This document shows, in pieces, positions 39,832 to 48,451 of a stretch of 64,000 bases of DNA; the stretch's first letter is position 1, and each line of letters opens with the position of its first letter. The stretch comes from Nitrosomonadales bacterium (lineage in GTDB: Bacteria > Pseudomonadota > Gammaproteobacteria > Burkholderiales > SG8-39), in NCBI GenBank assembly GCA_036676355.1, contig JAKFDA010000071.1, positions 29,924 to 93,923 on the forward strand, in the 5' to 3' direction. The translations under genes were made by a program, and so were the position numbers. Below the pieces are notes generated by a model, which worked only from the letters and a program-made list of their open reading frames with translations, did not search any database and had not been told where the DNA came from.

Positions 39832-39862
39832 GGGGAGATACAAGGGGCGGGTCCTCTTGTTC
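39832..39862. repeat. Short hairpin repeat element, copy B
   Basis: GGGGAGATACAAGGGG-CGGGTCCT-CTTGTTC. Compare 5715..5748. Confidence 0.6.
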
Positions 39863-39906
39863 GCACATTGCGAAAATTCAAGGAATATCTGATCAAGTAT
39901 CTCGTG

Positions 39907-40019
39907 GAGCCGTTCGTGGTGAGCGCGAGCTTGCGAGCAGTCGAACCATGGACGGCACATGGCCAAGACGCCCGTTCATCCTTCGACTCTCCGACGGGCT
40001 CAGAGCTCTGGACGAACGG
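39907..40019. repeat. Palindromic dispersed intergenic repeat (copy 2)
   Basis: GAGCCGTTCGTGGTGAGC...GTCGAACCATGG...CATCCTTCGACTC...GGGCTCAGAGCTCTGGACGAACGG. The arms CCGTTCGT.../...GACGAACGG are inverted, and sequence blocks are shared with 32688..32788. Confidence 0.7.
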
Positions 40020-40083
40020 AAGAAACGTATTGAGCCGATTTAATCAGCGCGTCCTTAACGTACATAATCGTTTCCGCACTCGC

Positions 40084-40656
40084 ATGCTGGTGGCAATCTG
40101 CCTTGCCGCCCTGTCGGTCCATGCTGCGTTTGCACAGTCCGCGGATCGCGATCAGCCGGTCAATATCGAATCCGATCGTTTGACCGCCGACGACAGCAAG
40201 CAGATCGCCATCTTTGAAGGCCGCGTTATTCTGACTCAGGGCAGTTTCACCCTGCGCGCCGACAAGCTGATCGTGCGCAAGGACGAAAGCGGCTTTCAGC
40301 ACGCTACCGCTTACGGCAATCCGGCCACCTTTCGCCAGCGGCGCGAAAACACCAACGAGTGGATCGACGGCGAGTCGCTGCGCATCGAATATGACGGCAA
40401 GAAGGAATTCGTCGAGTTGTTCGACAAGGCCCGACTCACGCGGGACAAGGACGAAGTGCGAGGTAATTACATTTCCTACGATTCACGCGCGGATTTCTTC
40501 ACCGTGAAGAGCGACAAGAACGCCGCGCCGGAAGCGAGCGGCGATTCGCGCGTGCGCGCCGTGATTCAACCGAAGCCGAAAGCAGGCAGCGAAAAGCCGG
40601 CGAATCCCGCCGTGCGTCTGCAGCCATCCACGGAACTCCAGGGCGGTACACCATGA
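40084..40656 (+). CDS. lptA: LPS export periplasmic protein LptA
   Basis: ORF 39868..40656 (TTG) trimmed to ATG 40084, giving the signal peptide [17 protein letters not shown]|[14 protein letters not shown]. The region upstream of the ATG consists of repeat elements. Confidence 0.88.
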   Translation: MLVAICLAALSVHAAFAQSADRDQPVNIESDRLTADDSKQIAIFEGRVILTQGSFTLRADKLIVRKDESGFQHATAYGNPATFRQRRENTNEWIDGESLRIEYDGKKEFVELFDKARLTRDKDEVRGNYISYDSRADFFTVKSDKNAAPEASGDSRVRAVIQPKPKAGSEKPANPAVRLQPSTELQGGTP

Positions 40657-41423
40657 ACGCGCCCACGTTGGCTCTGGCCGAAGCGCCGGCGATCGTCCGG
40701 AACAGTCGATTGCAGGCGGTCGCGCTGAACAAACGCTATAAGAAACGCACTGTTGTCCATGACGTCTCGCTTGAAGTCAAGAGCGGTGAAGTCGTCGGGC
40801 TGCTCGGCCCCAACGGCGCCGGCAAGACGACCTGCTTCTATATGATCGTCGGGCTTGTCGCCGCCAATGGCGGTCGTATTTATATCGACGAGCGCGATAT
40901 CACGCGCATGCCGATCCATCAGCGCGCCCGCATGGGATTGTCCTATCTGCCACAGGAAGCTTCCGTATTCCGCAGACTGACGGTGCAGGAAAACGTGCGC
41001 GCGGTGCTCGAACTGATGGACCATGATGAAGACGAGATCGAAGAGCGGTTGAATAATCTGCTCGACGAACTTCATATCGCGCATCTGCGCGACGCCACCG
41101 CGTTGTCGCTGTCCGGCGGCGAGCGTCGTCGCGTCGAGATCGCCCGCGCACTCGCCACCCACCCGGCGTTCATTCTGCTCGATGAACCGTTCGCCGGCGT
41201 CGACCCGATCGCGGTCCTGGACATTCAGCGCATCATCGGTTTTCTGAAAGAGCGCGGCATCGGCGTCCTTATTACTGATCACAATGTGCGCGAAACGCTC
41301 GGCATTTGCGATAGGGCGTACATAATTAACGAAGGTTCGGTCCTCGCATCCGGGAAGCCGGATGAGATTGTTTATAATGAAAACGTCCGTCGGGTCTATC
41401 TGGGCGAGCACTTCCGCCTGTAG
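40653..41423 (+). CDS. lptB: LPS export ABC ATPase LptB
   Basis: Walker [10 protein letters not shown] and signature LSGGERRR. It has a 4-nt overlap with lptA. Confidence 0.95.
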   Translation: MNAPTLALAEAPAIVRNSRLQAVALNKRYKKRTVVHDVSLEVKSGEVVGLLGPNGAGKTTCFYMIVGLVAANGGRIYIDERDITRMPIHQRARMGLSYLPQEASVFRRLTVQENVRAVLELMDHDEDEIEERLNNLLDELHIAHLRDATALSLSGGERRRVEIARALATHPAFILLDEPFAGVDPIAVLDIQRIIGFLKERGIGVLITDHNVRETLGICDRAYIINEGSVLASGKPDEIVYNENVRRVYLGEHFRL

Positions 41424-41495
41424 CGTGAGGCCCGTACGCAATGGACAGCGCTGGTCCTCCAACCCCGGCCTCTCAAGCCCCAGTCCGCCGTATCG

Positions 41496-42935
41496 ATGAA
41501 ACAAACCCTGCAACTCAAGCTTTCTCAGCACCTCACGCTGACGCCGCAGTTGCAGCAGTCCATCCGTCTTCTGCAGCTATCCACGCTCGAACTGAATCAG
41601 GAGCTGGAAAAATTCCTGGCTGACAATCCGCTGCTCGAACGCGAGGAAGGCGATGATGAGCCCGTCGCCCCCATCGTCGCGCTGAACGGCAGCAGCGCCG
41701 CAGCGGAGACGCCGGTCAGCGAGGCCAAGCCCGAAACCGAGCCCAGCTACGACGATCCGCGCAGCGGTGAGATGGACTGGAATTTCGACGGCGGCAGCGG
41801 CAACCCGCGCGACGACAACGACGAAAGCGATTACCCGCAACTGCCGGCCGAATCGCCGACGCTACGCGACCACCTGATGCAGCAGTTGCTGCTCACCAAA
41901 CTGCCGGCGCGCGACCGCAGCCTGGTCGCGCTGCTGATCGATGCGCTCGATGAAGACGGCTATCTGACCCAGCCGCTGCAGGAAATCGTCGATATGCTTC
42001 CCGCAGAGTTGGAAGTCGAGGCCGATGAGCTGCACATTGCGCTCAGACATTTACAGAATATGGACCCTACCGGCGTCGGCGCTCGCTCGCCGGCGGAGTG
42101 CCTCGCACTGCAGTTGTTGACGCTGCCGGCGGACACGCCCGGATACGCGCACGCGCTCCAGATCGTGCAGGAACATCTGCCCCTGCTCGCCGCACGCGAT
42201 TTCATGCGGTTGCGGCGACTGCTCGGCTGCGACGATCAGGCGCTGCGCATCGCGCAGCGCCTGATCCAGAGCCTCAATCCCCGACCCGGCGCGGAATATG
42301 GCCCGCTCGAAACGCGCTATGTCGTGCCGGATGTGACGGTGCGCAAGATCAAAGGCGTCTGGGTGGCAGGCCTGAATCCGGACGCGATGCCGAAATTGCG
42401 CATCAACCGGATTTACGCCGACATCCTGCAGAATCAGCGGAACGCCGCCGGCGGACAGTTGTCCACTCAACTACAAGAAGCACGCTGGCTGATCAAAAAC
42501 ATACAACAGCGTTTCGAAACCATACAAAGAGTGTCCCAAGCCATTGTCGACCGGCAACGTCATTTCTTCGAACACGGCGAAGTCGCCATGCGACCGCTGG
42601 TGTTACGAGAAATCGCCGACACGCTGGGTCTGCACGAATCCACGGTATCGCGAGTCACGACGCAGAAGTTCATGGCGTCGCCACAGGGAATTTTCGAACT
42701 CAAGTATTTTTTCGGCAGCCATGTGGCGACCGAAACGGGCGGTGCGTGTTCGGCAACGGCGATTCGCGCACTTATCAAGCAACTGGTCAGCGCGGAGGAC
42801 GGAAAGAAACCCCTATCGGACAGCAAAATTTCGGAAATTCTGGGCCAGCAAGGGATCGTGGTCGCGCGCCGCACGATTGCCAAATATCGCGAATCGATGC
42901 ACATCCCGCCTGTCAGCCTGAGAAAGTCGCTTTAA
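41496..42935 (+). CDS. rpoN: RNA polymerase sigma-54 factor
   Basis: Starts [33 protein letters not shown], followed by an acidic region II and the C-terminal RpoN box [10 protein letters not shown]. Confidence 0.97.
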   Translation: MKQTLQLKLSQHLTLTPQLQQSIRLLQLSTLELNQELEKFLADNPLLEREEGDDEPVAPIVALNGSSAAAETPVSEAKPETEPSYDDPRSGEMDWNFDGGSGNPRDDNDESDYPQLPAESPTLRDHLMQQLLLTKLPARDRSLVALLIDALDEDGYLTQPLQEIVDMLPAELEVEADELHIALRHLQNMDPTGVGARSPAECLALQLLTLPADTPGYAHALQIVQEHLPLLAARDFMRLRRLLGCDDQALRIAQRLIQSLNPRPGAEYGPLETRYVVPDVTVRKIKGVWVAGLNPDAMPKLRINRIYADILQNQRNAAGGQLSTQLQEARWLIKNIQQRFETIQRVSQAIVDRQRHFFEHGEVAMRPLVLREIADTLGLHESTVSRVTTQKFMASPQGIFELKYFFGSHVATETGGACSATAIRALIKQLVSAEDGKKPLSDSKISEILGQQGIVVARRTIAKYRESMHIPPVSLRKSL

Positions 42936-43001
42936 TGCCAAGGCTGTAAGCGTTGCACGCAGCCGGTCGTACGTTGGTACGTCCTTAAAACGAGGAGCTG
43001 A

Positions 43002-43328
43002 ATGATGAATCTGAACATCACGGGCCATCACATTGAAATCACGCCGGCTCTCCGAAGCTATATTGAAACAAAGATGGAGCGGGTCCTCCGTCACTCCGAC
43101 AACGTCATCGACGTCAACGTGGTGCTTTCCGTGGAAAAACTCAGGCAACGCGCGGAAGTCGTCGTGCGCGTTCCCGGCAGAGACATCTGCATCTCGGGCG
43201 ATGAGGAAGATATGTACGCAGCCATCGACGACCTGATCGACAAACTCGACCGACAACTGCTCAAACACAAGGACCGGACCTACTCTCATCAGCACGAAGC
43301 GATCAAACGGCGCACCGTGGAGCAATAA
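43002..43328 (+). CDS. hpf: Ribosome hibernation promoting factor (sigma-54 modulation protein family)
   Basis: 108 aa starting MNLNITGHHIEITPALR.YIE.K. Confidence 0.92.
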   Translation: MMNLNITGHHIEITPALRSYIETKMERVLRHSDNVIDVNVVLSVEKLRQRAEVVVRVPGRDICISGDEEDMYAAIDDLIDKLDRQLLKHKDRTYSHQHEAIKRRTVEQ

Positions 43329-43342
43329 CGCGCCTGTTAGGG

Positions 43343-43374
43343 AACGCGCGATATAGTGGCTATAATCGCGCGTT
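43343..43374 (+). other. 10-bp perfect hairpin between hpf and ptsN (possible attenuator/processing site)
   Basis: AACGCGCGAT-(12 nt)-ATCGCGCGTT followed by TCAA. The loop contains TATAAT. Confidence 0.4.
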
Positions 43375-43434
43375 TCAATCGCCGGCTCGGGCCTTGCATC
43401 TGCCCGACCAGAGCCTGCTGACCGGAAGTAGCAG

Positions 43435-43920
43435 ATGAATCTCATCGCAAAGCTGCTCGCGCCCGCGAATATCGTTCTCGATCTTGAGGTGAGCAGCAAA
43501 AAACGGATGTTCGAACAGGTGGGCCTGCTGTTCGAAAATCACCAGGGTATTGCACGCAGTTTGGTGTTCGACAGCCTGTTCGCTCGCGAACGGCTCGGAT
43601 CCACCGGACTGGGTCAGGGCGTCGCCATTCCGCACGGCCGTATCAAGGGATTGCGCGAATCGGTGGGCGCGTTCGTGCGCCTCTCCACCCCCGTTCCCTT
43701 CGACGCCCCGGACGGACAACCGGTCAATCTGATCTTCGTCCTGCTGGTTCCGGAGCAGGCCACCGAACAGCATTTGCAGATTCTTTCCGAGCTGGCGCAA
43801 ATGTTCAGCGACCGGGAACTGCGCCAGGCGCTTGCCGAAGCAACCGATCCAAGCGCACTGCATCAGCTCATCACCGCCTGGCAGCCGCATGTTGCAGATC
43901 AGCGTCGCGCAACTCTATGA
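43435..43920 (+). CDS. ptsN: PTS-Ntr EIIA
   Basis: 161 aa with the phospho-His context GLGQGVAIPHGRI. Confidence 0.93.
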   Translation: MNLIAKLLAPANIVLDLEVSSKKRMFEQVGLLFENHQGIARSLVFDSLFARERLGSTGLGQGVAIPHGRIKGLRESVGAFVRLSTPVPFDAPDGQPVNLIFVLLVPEQATEQHLQILSELAQMFSDRELRQALAEATDPSALHQLITAWQPHVADQRRATL

Positions 43921-44830
43921 AGCGAATCACGAAAAACTGGCGCTTGCCTGGGTAGGCGGGCGCGCCGGGGATACCGCGCTCATTCGTCAGGATCCCACCG
44001 AATCGGCAGCATTCGTCGGTCATCTCAACCTGATTCACCCCAACCGCATCCAGGTTCTTGGCAAGCATGAGCAGGCGCATCTCGATGCGCTCGATCACGG
44101 CCGACTGAAACGGCTGATCGAGCGCGGCACCGCGGCCGCGCCCGCCGCGATTCTGCTGGCCGACGACGTGCCCGGCCATCCGATGCTGACCGCAATGACC
44201 GAAGCGCGCGGTATTCCGCTGTGGCGGTCGAGGATGCCGGCTGCGCTCCTGATCGACGAACTGCGTCGTCACTTGTCCAAAGCATTGGCCGAATCCACCA
44301 CCCGGCATGGCGTATTCATGGATGTCCTCGGTCTCGGTGTATTGATTACCGGCGATTCCGGTGTGGGCAAAAGCGAGTTGGGACTGGAGCTCATCAGCCG
44401 CAGCCACGGTCTTGTCGCCGACGACGTGGTCGAAATTTCCCGCATCGCGGCATCGACCCTGGTCGGTCGTGCACCGCCCATGCTGAAGGACTTCCTCGAA
44501 GTACGCGGTCTGGGCGTACTCAATATCCGCACCATTTTCGGGGAAACCGCCGTACGGCCGAAAATGAATCTGCACCTGATAGTGCATCTTGCGCGCCCCA
44601 ATCAACCCGGCGGAACCGCGGTGGACCGCCTGCCTCTGCATGAGCTATCCGAAGACATCCTGGGCCTCACCGTGCGCAAGGTCGTCATTCCCGTTGCCGC
44701 CGGCCGCAACATCGCCGTGCTGATCGAAGCGGCGGTACGCAATTACATCCTGCAACTTCGTGGTTATCACAGCACGGAAGAATTCATGCAGCGGCAACGC
44801 GCCGAAATGAATCGGGAACAACCGGATTAA
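43889..44830 (+). CDS. hprK: HPr kinase/phosphorylase
   Basis: ORF 43832..44830 trimmed to ATG 43889. It has the P-loop GDSGVGKSE and LEVRGLGVLNI. Confidence 0.9.
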   Translation: MLQISVAQLYEANHEKLALAWVGGRAGDTALIRQDPTESAAFVGHLNLIHPNRIQVLGKHEQAHLDALDHGRLKRLIERGTAAAPAAILLADDVPGHPMLTAMTEARGIPLWRSRMPAALLIDELRRHLSKALAESTTRHGVFMDVLGLGVLITGDSGVGKSELGLELISRSHGLVADDVVEISRIAASTLVGRAPPMLKDFLEVRGLGVLNIRTIFGETAVRPKMNLHLIVHLARPNQPGGTAVDRLPLHELSEDILGLTVRKVVIPVAAGRNIAVLIEAAVRNYILQLRGYHSTEEFMQRQRAEMNREQPD

Positions 44831-44990
44831 GCGCCGGCCGGTTTTGTGAAACGCGTTCGCGCTTCGCAAAATTACCCATCCATCGTCTCGCATCAGCCGG
44901 TCTAGTCCGTCCGAGATATCGGCAGCCGCCTCCCCTCGCGTCAACAATATGCAGCCCGTTCTGGGGCCAACACATCATTGGGGAGCGAAC

Positions 44991-45191
44991 ATGAAAACAC
45001 TCGTTGCAATGGTATTGGTTGTCATGTGGTCGGTGGGTACGGTGCATGCCGAAGCCACCAAGTCGCCTGCGCAAACGGCGCAGCAGCAGAAAATGAAGGT
45101 GTGCAATCAGCAGGCGAAAGAACAGAAGCTTAAAGGCGACGAACGCAAGGCTTTTATGAGCCAGTGTTTGAAGAAGGACAAGCAAGCATAG
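44991..45191 (+). CDS. Small secreted PsiF-repeat-like protein
   Basis: ORF 44949..45191 trimmed to ATG 44991, which has a GGGGAG RBS. After the signal peptide comes QQQKMKVCNQQAKEQKLKGDERKAFMSQCLKK, the PsiF-type motif. Confidence 0.75.
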   Translation: MKTLVAMVLVVMWSVGTVHAEATKSPAQTAQQQKMKVCNQQAKEQKLKGDERKAFMSQCLKKDKQA

Positions 45192-45213
45192 TCGCGGTAT
45201 GCCATCCCTCCTC

Positions 45214-45236
45214 AGGGCGCTGCGGCGCCCTTTTTC
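45214..45236 (+). terminator. Rho-independent terminator after psiF-like gene
   Basis: AGGGCGC-TGCG-GCGCCCT followed by TTTTC. Confidence 0.8.
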
Positions 45237-45302
45237 ATGCGCGCGTTTCGCGCGGAGGCATTCTTTGCCCGCCTTTGGCGCATCGGATATGCTTGACCGG
45301 CC

Positions 45303-46145
45303 ATGCAACTCATTCTCATCAGCGGTCTCTCCGGCTCGGGCAAAAGTATCGCGCTGAACGTCCTTGAAGACGCACGCTACTACTGTGTCGACAACCTGCC
45401 GGCGCCGCTGCTGTTCGAAGCGGTGGGTCTGTTACGCGAATCCGGCTACGACCGCATCGCAGTCAGCATCGATGCACGCAGCGGTAGCGCGTTATCCGAG
45501 CTTCCGGCCGCGGTGCTTACCCTCAAAAGCCAGGGCGTCGATGTGCGCCTCTTGTTTCTGGATGCCACCAACGAGACGCTGATCAAGCGCTTCTCCGAGA
45601 CGCGCCGCAAACACCCGCTGTCCGACGGCAAGCGAACGCTGGAAGAGTGCATCGCGCGCGAGCGCGATCTGCTGCAGGATATCGGCGTGCTGGGACACCA
45701 TATCGACACGAGCGATGCCGCGCCGAGCAGTTTGCGCGCATGGATCAAGGAACTGGTGGAAATCGATCGATCGGGCACGACGCTGCTGTTCCAGTCGTTC
45801 GGTTTCAAGGAAGGCATCCCGCTCGATTCCGATATGGTCTTCGATGTCCGCTGCCTGCCCAATCCTTATTACGACCCCAAGCTGCGACCGCTATGCGGGC
45901 TGGATGGCGACGTCTGCGATTTCCTCGACGCCATTCCCGATGTCGGCAGCATGCTGCAGGATATTGGCGATTTCGTCGCGCGCTGGCTGCCGCTCTTTCT
46001 GCGTGACAACCGCGCCTATCTCACCGTCGCCATCGGCTGCACCGGGGGACAACACCGCTCGGTCTACATGGTGGAGCGGCTGGCGACGCGTTTTCAGGGA
46101 GAAGTCCCGGTGCTCATCCGCCACCGTCAACTGCCTCCAAAATAA
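45303..46145 (+). CDS. rapZ: RNase adapter protein RapZ
   Basis: Starts [31 protein letters not shown]. The product is 280 aa. Confidence 0.95.
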   Translation: MQLILISGLSGSGKSIALNVLEDARYYCVDNLPAPLLFEAVGLLRESGYDRIAVSIDARSGSALSELPAAVLTLKSQGVDVRLLFLDATNETLIKRFSETRRKHPLSDGKRTLEECIARERDLLQDIGVLGHHIDTSDAAPSSLRAWIKELVEIDRSGTTLLFQSFGFKEGIPLDSDMVFDVRCLPNPYYDPKLRPLCGLDGDVCDFLDAIPDVGSMLQDIGDFVARWLPLFLRDNRAYLTVAIGCTGGQHRSVYMVERLATRFQGEVPVLIRHRQLPPK

Positions 46146-46154
46146 CGCCCATCG

Positions 46155-46790
46155 ATGACCTTGCCCGTACAAACCGTCACCGTGGGACTGACCGGTGCTT
46201 CCGGCCTGATCTACGGCCTGCGTCTGATCGAGTGTCTGCTCGAAGCACGCATTCGCGTCGGTCTGGCCTACACCCAGGCGGCGCAGATCGTCGCCAAACA
46301 AGAACTCGATCTTGTGCTGCCGACGCGCCCGAACGAAGCGCTGCACGTGCTCATCGAACGGTTCAAGACAAGCACCGGCCAACTCTCGGTGTATGCGCGC
46401 GAAGACTGGTACGCGCCGATTGCTTCCGGCTCGAATCCCACCGATGCGATGGTGATCTGCCCCTGCTCGATGGGCACGCTGGCCGCCGTTGCGGGCGGGC
46501 TGTCCGACAATCTTATCGAACGCGCCGCCGACGTCGCGCTCAAGGAGCGCCGGCCGCTGATCCTCGTGCCGCGCGAAACGCCGCTGTCCCTGCTGCATCT
46601 GGAAAACATGACGCGCCTGGCGCGCGCAGGCGCAATCGTGCTGCCGGCCAATCCCGGTTTCTACCATCGGCCGCAATCGGTCGAGGCGCTGGTCGATTAC
46701 GTCGTTGCGCGCATTCTCGATCATCTGCGTATTCCGCACACACTCATGCAACGCTGGGGCGACGACGCAGCCGCTTCGGCTTCCGCATAG
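46155..46790 (+). CDS. ubiX: Flavin prenyltransferase UbiX
   Basis: 211 aa with GLTGASG, ICPCSMGTLA and LVPRETPL. Confidence 0.92.
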   Translation: MTLPVQTVTVGLTGASGLIYGLRLIECLLEARIRVGLAYTQAAQIVAKQELDLVLPTRPNEALHVLIERFKTSTGQLSVYAREDWYAPIASGSNPTDAMVICPCSMGTLAAVAGGLSDNLIERAADVALKERRPLILVPRETPLSLLHLENMTRLARAGAIVLPANPGFYHRPQSVEALVDYVVARILDHLRIPHTLMQRWGDDAAASASA

Positions 46791-46805
46791 AAAGCCATCG
46801 TTTTC

Positions 46806-47411
46806 ATGGGCCAGCGCAGCACGCTCGATATTCCGCTCTTTCCGCTCAACGCAGTCCTGTTTCCCGGCGGCCGCCTGCCGCTGCGTGTGTTCGAAGCGCG
46901 CTACATGGACATGACGCGCGATTGCCTGCGCAACGAACAGCCTTTCGGCGTTTGTCTCATCAAACAGGGCAAGGAAGTGGGCGAAGTGGCCGTGCCGGAA
47001 GAAATCGGCTGCCTGGCGCATATCGCCGAGTGCGACATGCAGCAGCTCGGCGTGCTGACCTTGCGCGCATGCGGCGGCTTGCGTTTTCGCATACTCAAGA
47101 CACAGGCAGACAAAAACGGACTTTTGCGTGCAAGTGCGGAACCGATCGCGCCCGAGTCGAATACACCCGTACCACCGAAATTTTTTGGCTGCGCGAATCT
47201 GCTGCGACTGATTGCTGCCGATGACAGCAAGGTGCATTTCGACGCGCCCTATCGCTTCGACGATGCCGCATGGGTGGGATACCGCCTGACCGAAGCGCTG
47301 CCGGTACCGCTGCTCGCCAAGCAGAAACTGCTTGAACTGAACGATCCTGTCGTACGCCTAGAGATCCTGCACCGCTTCCTCGAACAGCGCGGCCTGCTTG
47401 CCTCGCGCTGA
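46806..47411 (+). CDS. LON N-terminal (substrate-binding) domain protein
   Basis: 201 aa with IPLFPLNAVLFPGGRLPLRVFEARY, typical of the Lon N-domain. Confidence 0.85.
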   Translation: MGQRSTLDIPLFPLNAVLFPGGRLPLRVFEARYMDMTRDCLRNEQPFGVCLIKQGKEVGEVAVPEEIGCLAHIAECDMQQLGVLTLRACGGLRFRILKTQADKNGLLRASAEPIAPESNTPVPPKFFGCANLLRLIAADDSKVHFDAPYRFDDAAWVGYRLTEALPVPLLAKQKLLELNDPVVRLEILHRFLEQRGLLASR

Positions 47412-48446
47412 AGCGTGCAGTTCGCGCAGGATGCGCTTGGCCGGCGTCGGCAGCGCCCCGGCGAGCGCGTCTTCAACGGTCAGCCAAACCACGCCGGGCT
47501 GTGCCGCGCGCGGCACGCGACGTGACACATGCGTCAACAGCGGCGTGATGTTGAGATGAAAATGCGTGAAGCTGTGCTTGAGCAGGCCGAGGCGCTGTGT
47601 GCTCGACACTTCACAGCCGTATAAACGTTCGCCGATACGGCGGGCTTCCGCTTCGTCGCCCACTTCCGGAAAGCACCACAGGCCGCCCCAGATGCCGGTG
47701 GCCGGACGCTTTTGCAATAACACTTCGCCGGCATGCACAAGCACGACCATGTTCGTGTCGCGCGTGGGCAAGGCCTTGCGCGGGCGCGGCGTGGGCAGTT
47801 CGTGCACTTGATTCCGAGCATGTGCGACACAAGTGTCCGCAACGGGACAACGATTGCAGTCCGGTCGCTTGGTCATACAGATCGTTGCGCCCAGATCCAT
47901 CGAACCTTGTATGTACGCTTCGATATCGCGCGCGGGCAGCAGCGATTCGGCCAGCGACCAGAGTTGCTGTTCGACCGCGCGCTCGCCGGGATAGCCCGCG
48001 ACACCGAAATGGCGCGCCAGCACGCGCTTCACGTTGCCGTCGAGAATCGCAGCGCGCGCACCGAACGCGAAACCGGCAATCGCTGCCGCAGTGGAGCGTC
48101 CGATCCCGGGCAACGCTTCGATGTCCGCCAGCGCAGTCGGGAACACGCCGCCGTGCCGTTCGACAACCAGACGCGCCGCCTGATGCAGATTGCGCGCGCG
48201 CGAGTAATAGCCGAGCCCGCTCCAAAGCCGCAGTACCTCGTTGTCATCCGCCCGCGCGAGAGCGCGGATATCGGGAAAGCGTTCGCGAAAGCGCTGATAG
48301 TAGGGAATGACCGTCGCGACCTGCGTCTGCTGCAGCATGATTTCCGACAGCCAGATCGCATACGGATCGCACGTGCGCTGCCACGGCAGATCGTGACGAC
48401 CGTGCGCGCGTTGCCATGCGATGAGGCGCTCGGCGAATTGCGCCAT
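47358..48446 (-). CDS. mutY: A/G-specific adenine DNA glycosylase
   Basis: HhH-GPD region, the 4Fe-4S motif C-X6-C-X2-C-X5-C (CMTKRPDCNRCPVADTC) and a NUDIX-like C-terminal domain. Confidence 0.95.
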   Translation of the reverse strand: MAQFAERLIAWQRAHGRHDLPWQRTCDPYAIWLSEIMLQQTQVATVIPYYQRFRERFPDIRALARADDNEVLRLWSGLGYYSRARNLHQAARLVVERHGGVFPTALADIEALPGIGRSTAAAIAGFAFGARAAILDGNVKRVLARHFGVAGYPGERAVEQQLWSLAESLLPARDIEAYIQGSMDLGATICMTKRPDCNRCPVADTCVAHARNQVHELPTPRPRKALPTRDTNMVVLVHAGEVLLQKRPATGIWGGLWCFPEVGDEAEARRIGERLYGCEVSSTQRLGLLKHSFTHFHLNITPLLTHVSRRVPRAAQPGVVWLTVEDALAGALPTPAKRILRELHASARGKQAALFEEAVQDL

Positions 48447-48451
48447 GACGA

